64,000 nt of DNA from Camelus dromedarius. Lineage: Eukaryota. The position numbers and the translations under genes were made by a program. Below, piece after piece: positions 40,851 to 53,470 of the stretch. The notes below the pieces were generated by a model that saw nothing but the letters and a program-made list of their open reading frames with translations, did not search any database and had not been told where the DNA came from. Position 1 is the first letter of the stretch. Each line of letters opens with the position of its first letter. The DNA lies in the NCBI RefSeq assembly GCF_036321535.1, contig NC_087436.1, positions 67,582,001 through 67,646,000 on the forward strand. The letters are read 5' to 3'.

Positions 40851-43746
40851 CACATTACATTTCTTTCTTATACCTGGCGAGTCCACACAAAACGCCCTCC
40901 TTGATTCTCTTTTATGTTGCAGAATTGTCAAATTGAAGAATGTCTGGGTTGACAGTATCTTTGTGCTGGTTTATTAAATAAGCCTATGCAAAGTTTTCAG
41001 AACTCTACGAATTCTCAGTTACTTTTAGACTTAATGTCTGTGATCCAATAACAAAACCAGTTTATTAGGGCTATAATTTGTTGTTATTCTTTGGAAGAAG
41101 CAGACAGTTCTTACTCTGATAAATGATTTTGTCTCCAGGCTTAAAATAATTATATGCATATGTAGAGAAAGCTACCAGGAGGCCAGGTCAGAAGATGGAA
41201 GTTGTCTTTAGACGAAAATATACAAACTACTCAAACAAGGTGCAAAGATGAGTTTTAGAAAATATAAATCCATAGACGATATGTTGATAAATGGATTTTT
41301 TTTTTTTTTTTTTGCCAAGGCTAATTGATGAGATTAAATTCATTTAGGAAAAGAAACAGCTGACCTTTTAGGCTGGCATGGGTTCAATATGAATACGTAT
41401 AACAGAGCTATACCATTAGATTAGAAGAATGTGTATATATAATATTTCATTGCATTTCTAAAAACACTATATAAAAATTATCATAGTACACAAGGTACAG
41501 GAAACTAGATTGGGTTATATACATACTTGGTTCTGGATCAATGGATCCATGAACTATCTCTAAAGGCTCTCAATCACCTGACTTTGGATATAATAGATTC
41601 AAAATAGAAATCAAGCATAGAATTCTAAGAGGAAGAGATACTCCAATCTGTTGAGTAATTTGAGCCAAGCAGGTAAAAGTATTTAATGAAACCTTGTATT
41701 AATTTAAGAAGTCAGTATTTGCGGGAAAAAATAGTCTAGAATTATGGTGGGTTACAACAACCACCACCAAAAAAAAAAAGCAGTAATAAAAATAATTTAT
41801 GTAATTCAGATACAATTTGAGTCAAGTACAAAATAGAGGATTGGTAACACTGAGTTAATACAATTTATGTGAAAGAGGAGAAGGGACTTTAGAAAAATAT
41901 AATACCAAAGTACATCAAATTAATATCAAGTACACCATAAATTTTCTCTGCTGTCTATCCAAGTGATTAGGCTCTTCCATGTCAATAGTACCCCCCTATT
42001 TCTCAAACTAGGGGGCCCTTTCTTTCCACTGTACAATCCCAGGCAAGCATGGGCCAGATGAAACATTTTACATGAGAGGCGGAGAAACAAGAACTGTATT
42101 CTCTGTATGCTGTATATATATATTTAACGTCTATGATTTGAATCACTCTGCTCTTATCTGTATTGCCTGCAACTGTCAAGGTAACAGCCCCTTTCCTGCT
42201 CCATCTCTTTAAACTCCTCGATAATTAAAAAAAAAACAAAGAACATAAATAAAGAAATGCATCCCCGGAACTTTTCATTATTAATGTTCTATGGCTAAAT
42301 TGGAAATCTGCTACTCTACCCCAAGGGGGTGATTAATTTAGCAGACTAGGAGTTTTGATTAAAAGGAATGAAATGTCTGACATGTAGTCTATTTATCAGT
42401 TATTATGATATTAAAACACTCTAATCATTTTGATACCTAAATTAAGACTTCACAGCCTAAATGTCACTTCATTTTGCTTATTTTGATTTGGTGGTGTTTT
42501 ATAGGCTTATTATCTGTGAGAGTGTGTGTGGGGGGCACACATTCTCACTGATATCTGAAGAAAAATAATGCAGCAAGAAAGCTTTTTGCCACAAGCTGTG
42601 TTCTCTATTTCTCCATGTTTTAGAAGATACAGAGAATACCTAAAGAAACATACTTTTTGAACTAGCTGGTCATTCCAAAAATTCAGATATGATTATAAAA
42701 TTATTCTATTGGTATTGAACAGCCAAAAATTCAGTTATTAGAATTTATAATGTAAGTTTTTGTTTTATCAATCAATTGAATCCTCTGGACCCCAATATTA
42801 AAATTAAGAAGTTATACCATATTATTGATTTAAATATTATATAAACAATATGAGAAAAAAAGGAACATACATTTTTCAGTGAGTATAGCTTTATTTTAAT
42901 CCTACAGAATATATGAGAGATTTTAAGTGTAGTGAATGCATAAAATAGTAAAATATGATTTTAAGTGTGGATTTTTCTATTTATGAAAATGTTCACCATA
43001 GTTTAACCTCTTTCTCTCAGATAGTTTCATCACCCATTACCATTTGGGAAATTAAGTCAAGAACATTTCCTTCTCATAGTTCTGTGTCTCTGTTTTTCTC
43101 TCTGTGTCTGTGTTGCTGTCTCTGTTCCTCTCTCTCATTGTCACTGTCTTTCTCACTTCTTTCTCTCCCTCTGCTCAATCCCTCCCTCATCACAGAACCA
43201 CAGTCTTTTTTTTCATTGATTCCTAAGTAACTTTTAAAACCTAACCTAAATAAGAGTGTTAGACTGAATTTCTCTTCGTCAGTCTAATTTCTAACTCTTT
43301 CTTTCAAGTCTCAAAAGGCTCAGATCTGAGGCAGAACAGGTTACATTTAGAGAAATTACTGAGTTTTTTCCCCTTCTTTTCCACTCTCCAACCTATATTC
43401 AAATGTGATTCCATATCTTGGGCTGGAAAAAGCAAGAAAGCAGTGAGACAACAGAATAGAAATAAAGTCAGCAGGAAAAGACCACTTATTTAACCTGAAA
43501 CCCTATTGACTCTACTGACTCCAATTTTCAAGGCTGAAGTCATTCAAAATCCCCAAATGAAAGATAGGGCTAGGATGCCCAACCAGATCTTGAGGATGTA
43601 AAAGAGAAGATGCTTCAAACCTTAGAATTTCCAAAACGTGCTCTACAGAATCAACACAAGATCTACCAACAAACCAGGGTAGAGATGGAAACCCTCTTCT
43701 AACCCCAACCCTAACTCCTTCCACCCTTACACCATAAAAGTCACTT

Positions 43747-44758
43747 GAATTTCCTTCTTTTTTAAGGTTGAATATTTCATTGTATGTATGTACCACATTG
43801 TAAAAATCTGTTCATCTGCTGATGAACATTTAGATTGTTTCTATATCTTGGCTATTGTAAATAATGCCGCAGTGAGCATAGGAGTGAAGCTATCTCTTAG
43901 AGCCTCTGATTTCAGTTCTTTTGGTTATATATCCAGAAGTGGGGTTGCCGGATCATACGGTAGTTTCATGTGTAAGTTTCTGAGGAACCTACAGAATGCT
44001 TTCCACAGTCGCTATGCCATTTTACATTCCCACCAAGAGTATACAAGTGTGCCAATTATTCTACAACCTTGCCAACAATTGTTTATCTTTTGTTTTTGAG
44101 GATAGCCTTCCAAACAGGTGTGAGGTGATAATTTCATTGTGGTTTTGATTTGCATTTCCCTGATGATTAGTGATGTTGAGCATCTTTTCATGTACCTGTT
44201 GGTAATTTGTATATCTTCTTTGGAGAGATATTTATTCAAGTCCTTTTCCTTGCCATATGCAACAATGTGGATACACTTGGAGGACATTATGCTAAGCAAA
44301 ATAAAACAATCACAGATGGACAAATACCGTAGAAGTCCACTTAGGAGATATTTTAAGTAGTTGAACTCATAAAAATGAAGAGTAGAATAGTGGTTGCCAG
44401 GGGCTAGGGAGATAGGGAAATGTGGAGTTGTTGGTCAATGGGTATAAAATTTCAGTTGTTTAAGACCTATAGTGATAGAGATCTGTTTCATAACATCATG
44501 ATTATAGTTAACAATTCAGAATTGTACACTTAAAAACTTAAGAGGGTAGAGCTCATGCTACATGTTTTTAGCATGCATACAAAGTAGGGGGCAGTACTTT
44601 TGGAGCTGATAGATCTGTTTATTACCTTGATTGTGGTGGTGTTTTCATAGGTATATGCATATCTCATATTATATAAATTAAACATGTCCAGTTTTTTAGT
44701 ATATCAGTAATACCTCAATATTTATTTAAACATATTTAAGTAAGTCATATTTATTTTT
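43747..44758 (+). mobile_element. Older 5'-inverted L1 (L1MA/MB-like)
   Basis: Antisense ORF2 C-terminus at 43747-44249 ([16 protein letters not shown]), then a sense 3' end from 'ttgccatatgcaaca' to 'tacctcaata'. Candidate TSD aaaagtca(c/t)tt(g/a)aat at 43736-43750 and 44759-44773. Confidence 0.88.
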
Positions 44759-44809
44759 AAAAGTCATTTAAATATTTTAAAGTCATTTGTGACTTGAGGA
44801 AGATGTTAA

Positions 44810-45045
44810 CAATTACACTACTATAAACAATTTGCATTCATCAATGTCTCACTGTATTGTATCAGGCACGATGATAAGTATTTTATATATTTTTTATTAT
44901 CAGTTTTTATAGGCATCCTATAAAGTAGGTATTATCATTGTTTTTATTTTATAGATTTTATTGCTCTTGCTAAATTAGGTTATTTAGGATCAGATAACTA
45001 GTTAGTGGAAAACATCGAGCTCTTACCACCAAAACCCAGGCTCAT
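44810..45045 (-). mobile_element. MIR SINE
   Basis: 'tgtatcaggcac...taagtattttata...cctataaagtaggtattatcattg...ttttatagat...ctagttagtgg'. Confidence 0.6.
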
Positions 45046-48000
45046 TATTGTCACAAAAAGTGATACACTGAATACTGCCAGCTGCTAAATGACTCTGCAC
45101 ATAGACTACTCTCAAATATTTGCTCAAACCGAATGACTCATCTGGGATTGATTTATAACACAAAAATCATGTATCAGATACTGGGATTCCTTCCTTGTAA
45201 CAGATGTGTCACATCTGCCTTACTTGCTTTCTCCATCCATTCAGTTTTCAGAGATGGACCCTAGATGAATGGAGCATAAGGATGGTGAGAACACAAAGGT
45301 CAGAGTTCTAAAAACCTGAAAGTGAACCACTTCTATTCCATACACGTGCTATGTGAGACTTCTGCCAGCCACTAACCTGCCTTTGAATTTAGTTTCCTCT
45401 TATATAAAATGAATACATACGGTAATTGTCTTCTAAGTTGATCTATGAACATATAAGAACATGAATGTAAGATGTCTAGGGCTATGATGGACACAGGTAA
45501 TGTAATAAAAATAGTAGATGCATAACTAAGAACTCCAGTGTCTAAGTGATGAGAATATCAGCCACTTCACTTGCTCTGCTTCTTTAACTCTGATTCTAGC
45601 CGCATTATAATCTAGCTACACTTCTGTATGTTTTCTCTTTTCATATTCACAAGAGGATGAGCATGATATTGGATAAGAAGGAAGTCGAGGCTCACAGGGT
45701 GTTTAAGATTAAGTTGAAAATGAAGAGCCTCCTGAGCCACTTCTTGCTGCCCAGGTTGTACTTCACAGCACCTTCCGAAGCTCTTTGACTCTGTGCCACT
45801 CCTGCCAAAAATACTCACCAGCTTTCCAAATCAGTCCTAGCTCAATAGCTCACTCAGAAGCTGCTGAGTTGCTGAAGATAGAAGTTTAAACACTGCAGAC
45901 CTGGACCCAGAGTATCCTAAAAGTTATGCCAGTCGTTCGCTCTAGTTTCAACCTCACACCTCTCCCTGACAGAAAGATGAAAAAGTCTGTGGTGGCCCAA
46001 GATAAGCCATTCACCCTTTATCTAGCATGTATTAGATTTGGATTTAGTTCTTGCTTCTGGATAACTTAGATGTGGTTATATAGGAGGAACTGCCACATCA
46101 AGAGGAATTTGCTGGGAATTAGGTATTTCTATTTTTTTTAAATATTTTTCTCCCTATTTTTCTTTCCTTTTTAACCTGCGATAATTTCAAACAAAGTAAA
46201 TAAAACTAAGTAATTTAAGCACACACATACACAGACACATTAGAAGTAGTGTTCAGAGACATTCTGTGTGTTATACACATAACCAGAACAAATAAAAAGA
46301 AGCCATTTTGAGACAATCAAAGGAAAGAGAAGCAGCTACATTGTACATTATTGCCAGATGCTGGGCTTGGCAAATGAGCTGAAATGTCTGGATCTTGGGA
46401 GCTACTTTTTTAGGCAAAGCTGCAGAGAGCTGGTTAAAAGTAAACCAGACCCATTAGGCTCTCCCGACCTTGGGAGGAAGCAGGTAAAGCACGCAGAATG
46501 GGGAGAGGTGGTCTGTAAAGACAGTTACTTCTGAAAGAAGACAGCACCACTGACTACCTCCCTGCCACGGAGAGGCAGGGGCTGACTGTAATCCCAGCGT
46601 GGGCTTTCTGTTTTAACACTGTAATAAATATTTTCAGGAAACTGAAAAAATATATCTTCTTTCTCTTCTCACCTCAAGGGTTCTCTGTGTTTCCTTCCAT
46701 CATTAGTTGAAACTGTAAAGCTAAGCCAATGATTCCATGTGTCCTTTATTTTCAGATGAGCCAAAAAAAAAAAAAAAAGGGTCAGTTACCCTCTTTGCTC
46801 TTCTCCAATCACCTGTTTGGGGTCTGCAGTGCAAGCAGGGGCTGCCAATGGTCTCCTTGCTTGCCTTGGCTTGCTAGATCAAAACCTGGGATGATGCCAA
46901 GAATGACAACAGCTTTGCATTGAAACTGAACAGGAATTTAAATTCTCTAAGTGTGTTGTTATGTTGTTATTTTATGTTTATGTAATTCACAGGAAGTTTG
47001 GCATTCGAAGGTCAGATCGGAATAGTGTAATAAGGCTCATGCTAACAAACACCAGTTCTTTCATGTATTTTTATTCAAATGAGACACAAAACTGTACCTA
47101 TAGCTTTTGTGGATTTTATGCTTAGGATCTCTCTGAGTTTCTATTCCATCTTCTTTTTTTCCGTTGCTAAGACAGGGTTTCAGGGAATAGGGACATGGAT
47201 ATCCTCAAAACAAGTTAGAGGATATTTAACTGGAGATACAGTAGGAATAAAATGAAAGTTAAGTGACTTATTGTGTGTGATTGGAAACAAATAGGCAAGT
47301 GTGAGACACAAAAGTAAGCATGATAGCCCTAATGGAAAAGAGGGGGAAAGATGTCAGGATTAATCAGGAAAATAAAGTTGTTTCTGGCTAAACATTGAAT
47401 TATGATTATTTGAGTATGCAAAGATAGAAAAGATATTGAATTGGACAGCACTAATATTGTGGCTCCTGTTCTAAATCTACAGATAACAGCTTGTACTGTT
47501 TGGTAAACATGGTTTTTTAGTTCCCCATGGAATAGACACAAGGAGATGATGGTGCTATTGTGTCAGTTTTATTTTTACCATCATCATATTACTTTATATG
47601 AAGCATCATTTCTCTCCTCTGGGATACTGTAGAGGAAAGGAGTGAGAGATTATAGTAATCTCTGTTCACTGGGGTAGCAGAAGACACCTGCAACTGTTTG
47701 TCTTTCTCTTACCTATTTAAATTTGATGTTACCAAATGAAAAACCTAGAGAATTGACAGTACATATTCCCTTACATAATGATCACCTGACTCTTATAAGT
47801 TACGTTAAAGATACTTTTCAGCATTTTCCAGACTTTGTGCATCTTTCGTATATCCTAACGTGTAAGTCACAGAACCGAAATCCAACGTGTTGTGCCTTCA
47901 CTCAGAGGATGACAGAGCTTTCATTTTCACCACTGTTTTGATCCCAGAATTCTAATGCCAGATGTGTCTGTACATTTCTTTTTCAGGATCTTGAAAAAAG

Positions 48001-49029
48001 CCTTTCACTGATTTAGGACATAAAATAGAAAAGACTAAGGCAGTGGCAGTTGGGTTAAGTGTCAGGGATAAATTTAAGTTTTGTTGCAAACTCTTCCACT
48101 GCCTCCTCAAACCTGGCAACCTACTTGGTTATATCTCCATTGGATATCACATTCATTACAAGCTTCTTACTAAATATGGGTAAGTTTATTCAAGGGTTTG
48201 TTCCATTTTTCCCCAGAATCATTTTATTTGTACTTTGCTTCAATGTAATCAACAGAATAAATATTCTGGCAGTGCGGATGAGAGATTGAGTTCTTATGTT
48301 GAAAACAATATTGTAGTAAGCAATAATAGCTCTGTCTCTGGCATATGAGTTAGAAATAGACTCACAAAGCTTAGGGAGATGTACATCTGTGGAAAGTTTT
48401 ACAAGAAATAAATGTTTCCCTTTACCATGATTCACAATGATGCTGCTAAACAGAAATATGAATTTCGCCTAACTGCCAATACAGCTGCAACTCTCTATGT
48501 GGGATGCTGACTTCAAGTGGAGATGTAATGAGTATTCCAGACGGACTCCAAATACACAACTACAGTACAGCCTTCATCCAATTATTCCAAAAGCTTCTTA
48601 AGTGACCCTGAGAGCAATTTAAAATCTACATGAATCTGTGCTTACTGCCCCGTGGATCCAAGTGGGTACTTCTTTATCAGAACCAGGCTCTCAAATTTAA
48701 AAGGGAGCTCTAGAGACACATAAAAATAATGTCTGGGTTTTCATCATACTCCAAAAAAGGGGAATAACTACTAAAAGTAGTGTTACATGATGTCTTTTAC
48801 ATACACTTCACAACTTAGATCTGATTGGAAGATCAGGGAAGATCTTCATAATTTTTGTATCCAACATACAACCTATACCTACGAGGTGTTTAACAAATAA
48901 GTGGTGAGTATCAGCATCTGTTGATAGAAGGACTGGCATCAGAATTTGACAGAGGGAGTTTTTTTTTTCTGAGTCTTGGGGATGTACATATGAACTTTCT
49001 CACATACTTATTGCTTCTAATGTCAAGGT

Positions 49030-49210
49030 AACATAGACAGACAGACACAAAGATACTTAGATGACAGACTGCAGAAACATACATATAGAGATACCTAGAC
49101 ACATAGATAGATGATAGATACAGATATGTATTTATACCTATGACATGACATTACATGACAGTTAGATGGATACATTTATAGACAGACACACAGATGATAG
49201 ACAAACAGGC
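49030..49210. repeat. Degenerate GACA/GATA low-complexity repeat
   Basis: Runs of agacagacagac, agatagatgatagatac and similar. Confidence 0.7.
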
Positions 49211-49617
49211 ACAATGATCCAAACATTTTTTGCAGCCTATTCCAAACCTTAGTGAAAATATACATGTGCTTAAGACTGCTCAATAGTCACACATTGGAAT
49301 AATTACCAGTCCCAAAAGGGACAATATCATTTTCTTTTAGACCAATAAAGATCTGTCTTTAAAATTTTCCTGTCAGATCCTTATACTAGTCCTTTCATTC
49401 TTCACTCAGATAATTAATTCACTGTGCTTGTGTTTGAGTGATGCGGTGCTCTCACCTGGCCAGCTTATACGTTGTTTTAAATGAGCTACTTTAGTGGCCT
49501 TAGATTGCTCTTTAATGGTTTTTTCATTCATTTGGAACTTTATACTGTATGCTTTTGGTGCAGCGTGCCCTTGTCTCTTTACTTTCTACTAATCAAAGAC
49601 AGTTTGTGTCTTCTCCT

Positions 49618-50072
49618 TGTTACGGAAACCACAGGCCAGTCAAGAAACAAGCACCACTCGGAGGGTTGGAGTACTCAGATGTATTACGCCGGCGGGCTCA
49701 GAGGGGCTTCTGCTCCGAAGCTCTGAGCACCTCCAAGACGTGCGCATGAGGTTTTATAGGGTAAAGTACAAGCTTGGGGTATTCGGCCAATAGGCATGGA
49801 ACATCATTATCATCACAAAAGTGGAGGTGGAGAGGCAGCAAACCAACATTCCAAAGCCAGATATGTATCTTTGAAAACCCAGCTGGCTAGCAAAAGACAT
49901 GAACAGCAAACCAACACTAATTAACCTAGATTTACAAGTTAGTCTAGCAGAACTCAGATCAGTATTCCAATACTTAGATTTGTGAGTTATCTTGTTAGCC
50001 CAGCCCAGCCTCTCCTTCACATTCCTAGACTTGTGGGTTATCTTGTTAGACCAGCCTGGTTTTTCCTTCACA
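49618..50072 (-). mobile_element. Young ERV1-class (gammaretrovirus-like) solo LTR
   Basis: TG...CA termini and a perfect 4-bp TSD TCCT (49614-49617, 50073-50076). On the minus strand: an inverted CCAAT near 49787-49791, TATAAAA at 49758-49752 and AATACA at 49685-49680. CpGs are retained. Confidence 0.9.
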
Positions 50073-50772
50073 TCCTTACTTGATACACACTCACGTTAAG
50101 TTGCAGAGGCCAACTCAAACCAGATTTTAAGACCAGACCCTGTTTCAACCAGGAAACTGGTCTGTGATACTCTCTGTACTTTCAACTTGTCTTTTACCAC
50201 CAGCTGTTCTATAGTCTTGAGTTTTGCTCTCAAAGAATGGACTGTATTCAAATGCCATAAATTTCTGTCCAAGTATACCCAAGGACAAGTAGGTATGGGA
50301 CCTGCAAATCACTTGTCTTGTTCTGTTCTTTTTTTGATCACCTACATTACATACTGAAACTGGAAGCCAAGACTGAATAATTGAAACATTAATTGACAAG
50401 GGCTTAGCAATACCTTTCACCATGCCCTCCTAACACCTATATTCCTATAGCTTAAAAAAAAAAAAAAGCCAAAAGTAGACAATATAGATTTGAATAGCAT
50501 TAAGGACATTTTAAATATTAGGCTTCATATGATTTTCTGTAGTAGTTATGAAAAATATCTTCTCCACCATATTTCCTTATAGTAAATGCTATGATGTAAT
50601 AGAACTTTTTTTTTTTAGATAGTAGAGATTTGCTTGCATTCATCAGGGAAAGTCAGCAGTATACTTGGACTATAATGTTTCAGAGGTTTACTGCCATATT
50701 TAAAAAAAAAATTTTTTTTACACCATGGTTAGTCAACAACAAAATTCCCACAGAAATCCCACAGAAATGATG

Positions 50773-51431
50773 TGTTAGAGCAGGCAGATAGCTAGATATG
50801 AGCAGAGAACAGGGGACACAGACCAAATGGCAGGAATTGGGCAGAAAGGAGGGGCACAGGCCAAATGCAGGAAACCACACATCATGTAAGCAGCAGGGAT
50901 CCTTGGGGCAGAGAAAGAAAAGCAGGAACCTTGGGGCTGATAAGGGATCATGCCTTTTGGGATGACAAGTGGCCTGGAGAAGAACAAAGAAAGGTGAGAA
51001 AAGGCAGGAATTCTAGTGTCCGAATGTAACCTTTTGCTCTTTATGCCCTCATTTCAATAAAATTAGCCTTGCAGATCAGAAGTACCCATCATGCACCGAC
51101 GCCATGACACTTCCGAAACAGACTAAATAAGGACAAAAATCCCTCCTCCCTTTGGGAAGGTGGAGTTGGGATGATAATCAGGGAATACGACCCCAAATCC
51201 TTCCCTCCCCAGTGAATATTCCGCCCATTCATTTTTACACCCTATGTAGCTAACTTGCCAAAGAAACTCAGGGCAGCCGCTCACCTGAGCCTGCCCGCTC
51301 TCCCCTGAGAGTGTACTATCCATCCTTTAATAAATCCTCACTTTACCTTTTTTTAACCTCTAAGTCTTGTCTCTGAATTCTTTCTGGGACGGGACAAGAA
51401 CCTGGAACACCGGTTGCATCTATTGGCAACA
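50773..51431 (+). mobile_element. ERV1-class solo LTR, MER41-like
   Basis: TGTT...AACA termini, perfect 4-bp TSD GATG (50769-50772, 51432-51435) and AATAAA at 51329-51334. MER41-like blocks include 'gccatgaca', 'tgaatattccgccc' and 'tgaattctttct...caagaacc'. Confidence 0.88.
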
Positions 51432-53151
51432 GATGTACTTTGATATAGTATGCACATGAACTTCTTTTTCTCCTAACCAAAAAGCATTTGCTAATGTATT
51501 TACTTTGTTTATTATGAACAGGTTCATAAGAACTTTACTGAACACAAAGTATCTTATTGTCAAATTAGACTAATATGAATTAGTCATCTTGCCCAGTATC
51601 AAGCTCTAAAAATTAATTCAAAAATATGGTCAATCAGAAGTTTCAGATGATGTAGAGAGAGACCCATGGTATTGAGGCAGCTCTGAAGGTCCTTTCTTTC
51701 TATATTGGACATGAGCTTCCCAGCCCAGAATAGGTGAGGTCTTTAAGTTATGTTTATTGGGCTCTTCACAGAATATGAACATTTAAAGTATGAAAAAGCT
51801 GAATTTAATAAACTAATGAGTTGTATAGCTTTTGCGACATTCTTCACAAAACCAAGCCTTTTAGGATTCTATTTGCTGTAAATAATTCTTAATCGGGGAT
51901 AGAAATGTAAGTGATTCTTAGCCAGGGACATCCTGTTGAGGACATTATGGAAATAAAGCTTATTTCTCCTAGAAGGTATTATTAGTTTATTAATTCCAAG
52001 GTCCAGTTGATGAGAAAATCAAACCTGATAACTTGGCATCTTGTTTTCCCCTTTGTTGGAGGTGATGTTTTCTATAGGTAAAGGGGTAAACGGATCTCAG
52101 GCAAATTAGTTAAACTCCTCAAGCTTCTATGGGAAAGCTCTAGCTTTACCAATTGCCAGTATCCTACCCATGGACATGATTAGCAAAAGTTTGAGCATTG
52201 TATGATGAAAGAATGAAAGCTAACAAAAATCTCTGCAGAGGCATCAGTTAAGATTTCTAGAATTAATCGGCTATTATAGGCAATAGGCGCCAGAATTTTC
52301 AGTCCTTTCTAAATCCCTTTATGACCACATCAAATTGATTATTCTTATATATAATCATGAAATTCAGAAGTGGAAGAAGCTTTTATATCCCATAAGTTAA
52401 ATTCAGCATCAATACTAATAAGTTATTTGATTTCTATGCACACAGAAAGAGGTACCAGATGTTAGCAGTACTTATTGCAGTAACATGGTCACACCCATAT
52501 CAGAAAGCTATAGATTTCAAAACCTTTCTTTGAACCCGTTACCTACAGTATGCCTTTCCTCTTTGAAACATGTTACTAAAAAAGCAGCAGTCTCACGGTA
52601 AGTAATTTGAGGTAAACCTCTCTTCACTTGATTGTTCCACATATGGCATAATCTTGATAGTAATATGTCTGTCATTTCTTTACTCATCATCTAAACAAGC
52701 ATGGAATTTTGCATCTCACTTACAATTATACACTCTTGCACCACCATCCACTACATGGGCTTACTACTCTGACTGGAAAAAAGTCTAAAGTTACTCAATA
52801 ATTATCGATACCACTAACCAATGTTTGAGTTTCAGCACTTGACAATCAGCGTTAATTCTGTTTGTTGATGGGTCATGTTTAAAGACTGAGCTAGGAGTCT
52901 TTAATACTGTATAAATGTTTTCTCACCAAAGTTCTTGATAGAATCCAATTTCTATGTCAAATCATTCCAAGTAGTCAGGGACATGCCATAAAGTTCAAAA
53001 TACCAGAGCGAATAACCATATAACTAGTAGATATGCCTATTAAGAATTATAGGGAGTTTGAAATGCTAAGAAAGAAAGCATGTGAGGAAATTTCCTTATA
53101 AAAAATTAACTATTCCTCCCATTTACCCTTCTGTTTCATCTCATTTTAGTC

Positions 53152-53470
53152 CCATGCTGTCCGAAAGAAATACAGTGCAAGCTACAAATGGGAGTCTCTT
53201 TTGTGATTTTAAAATTTCTAGTAGCCATATTTTAAAACATAAAAAGAGATAAAATACAGCCATGTATTCTATTTAACCCAATTACCCAACATTTTATATT
53301 TTTGATATGTAATCAATATAAAATGAAAATATTTTACATTATTTTCTTCTTAATAAGCTTTCAAAACTCTAGTATGCATATCATACTTACTGAACATCTG
53401 AATTGGGACTAGCCACATTTCAAGTACTTAGTACACACTGTGGCTCGCAGCTACTGTACTCTATATTGCA
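53152..53470 (+). mobile_element. Non-autonomous hAT-Charlie element, MER33-like
   Basis: 'gctgtccgaaagaaata...tttctagtagccatatt...tatttaacccaa...ggactagccacattttcaagtactta...tgtggct'. Strand nominal. Confidence 0.75.

Noticed and set aside
43259..43287. 9-bp inverted repeat (a similar one lies at 6604-6628)
   Set aside because: Stems of this length are near chance expectation in 64 kb of AT-rich DNA.
50746..50767. 11-bp tandem repeat next to the LTR as part of the insertion
   Set aside because: It lies outside the 4-bp TSD and is most simply an independent slippage event.
49618..51431. A single provirus bounded by two LTRs
   Set aside because: The LTRs are unrelated in sequence, opposite in orientation, have different TSDs, and have no PBS or gag-pol between them.
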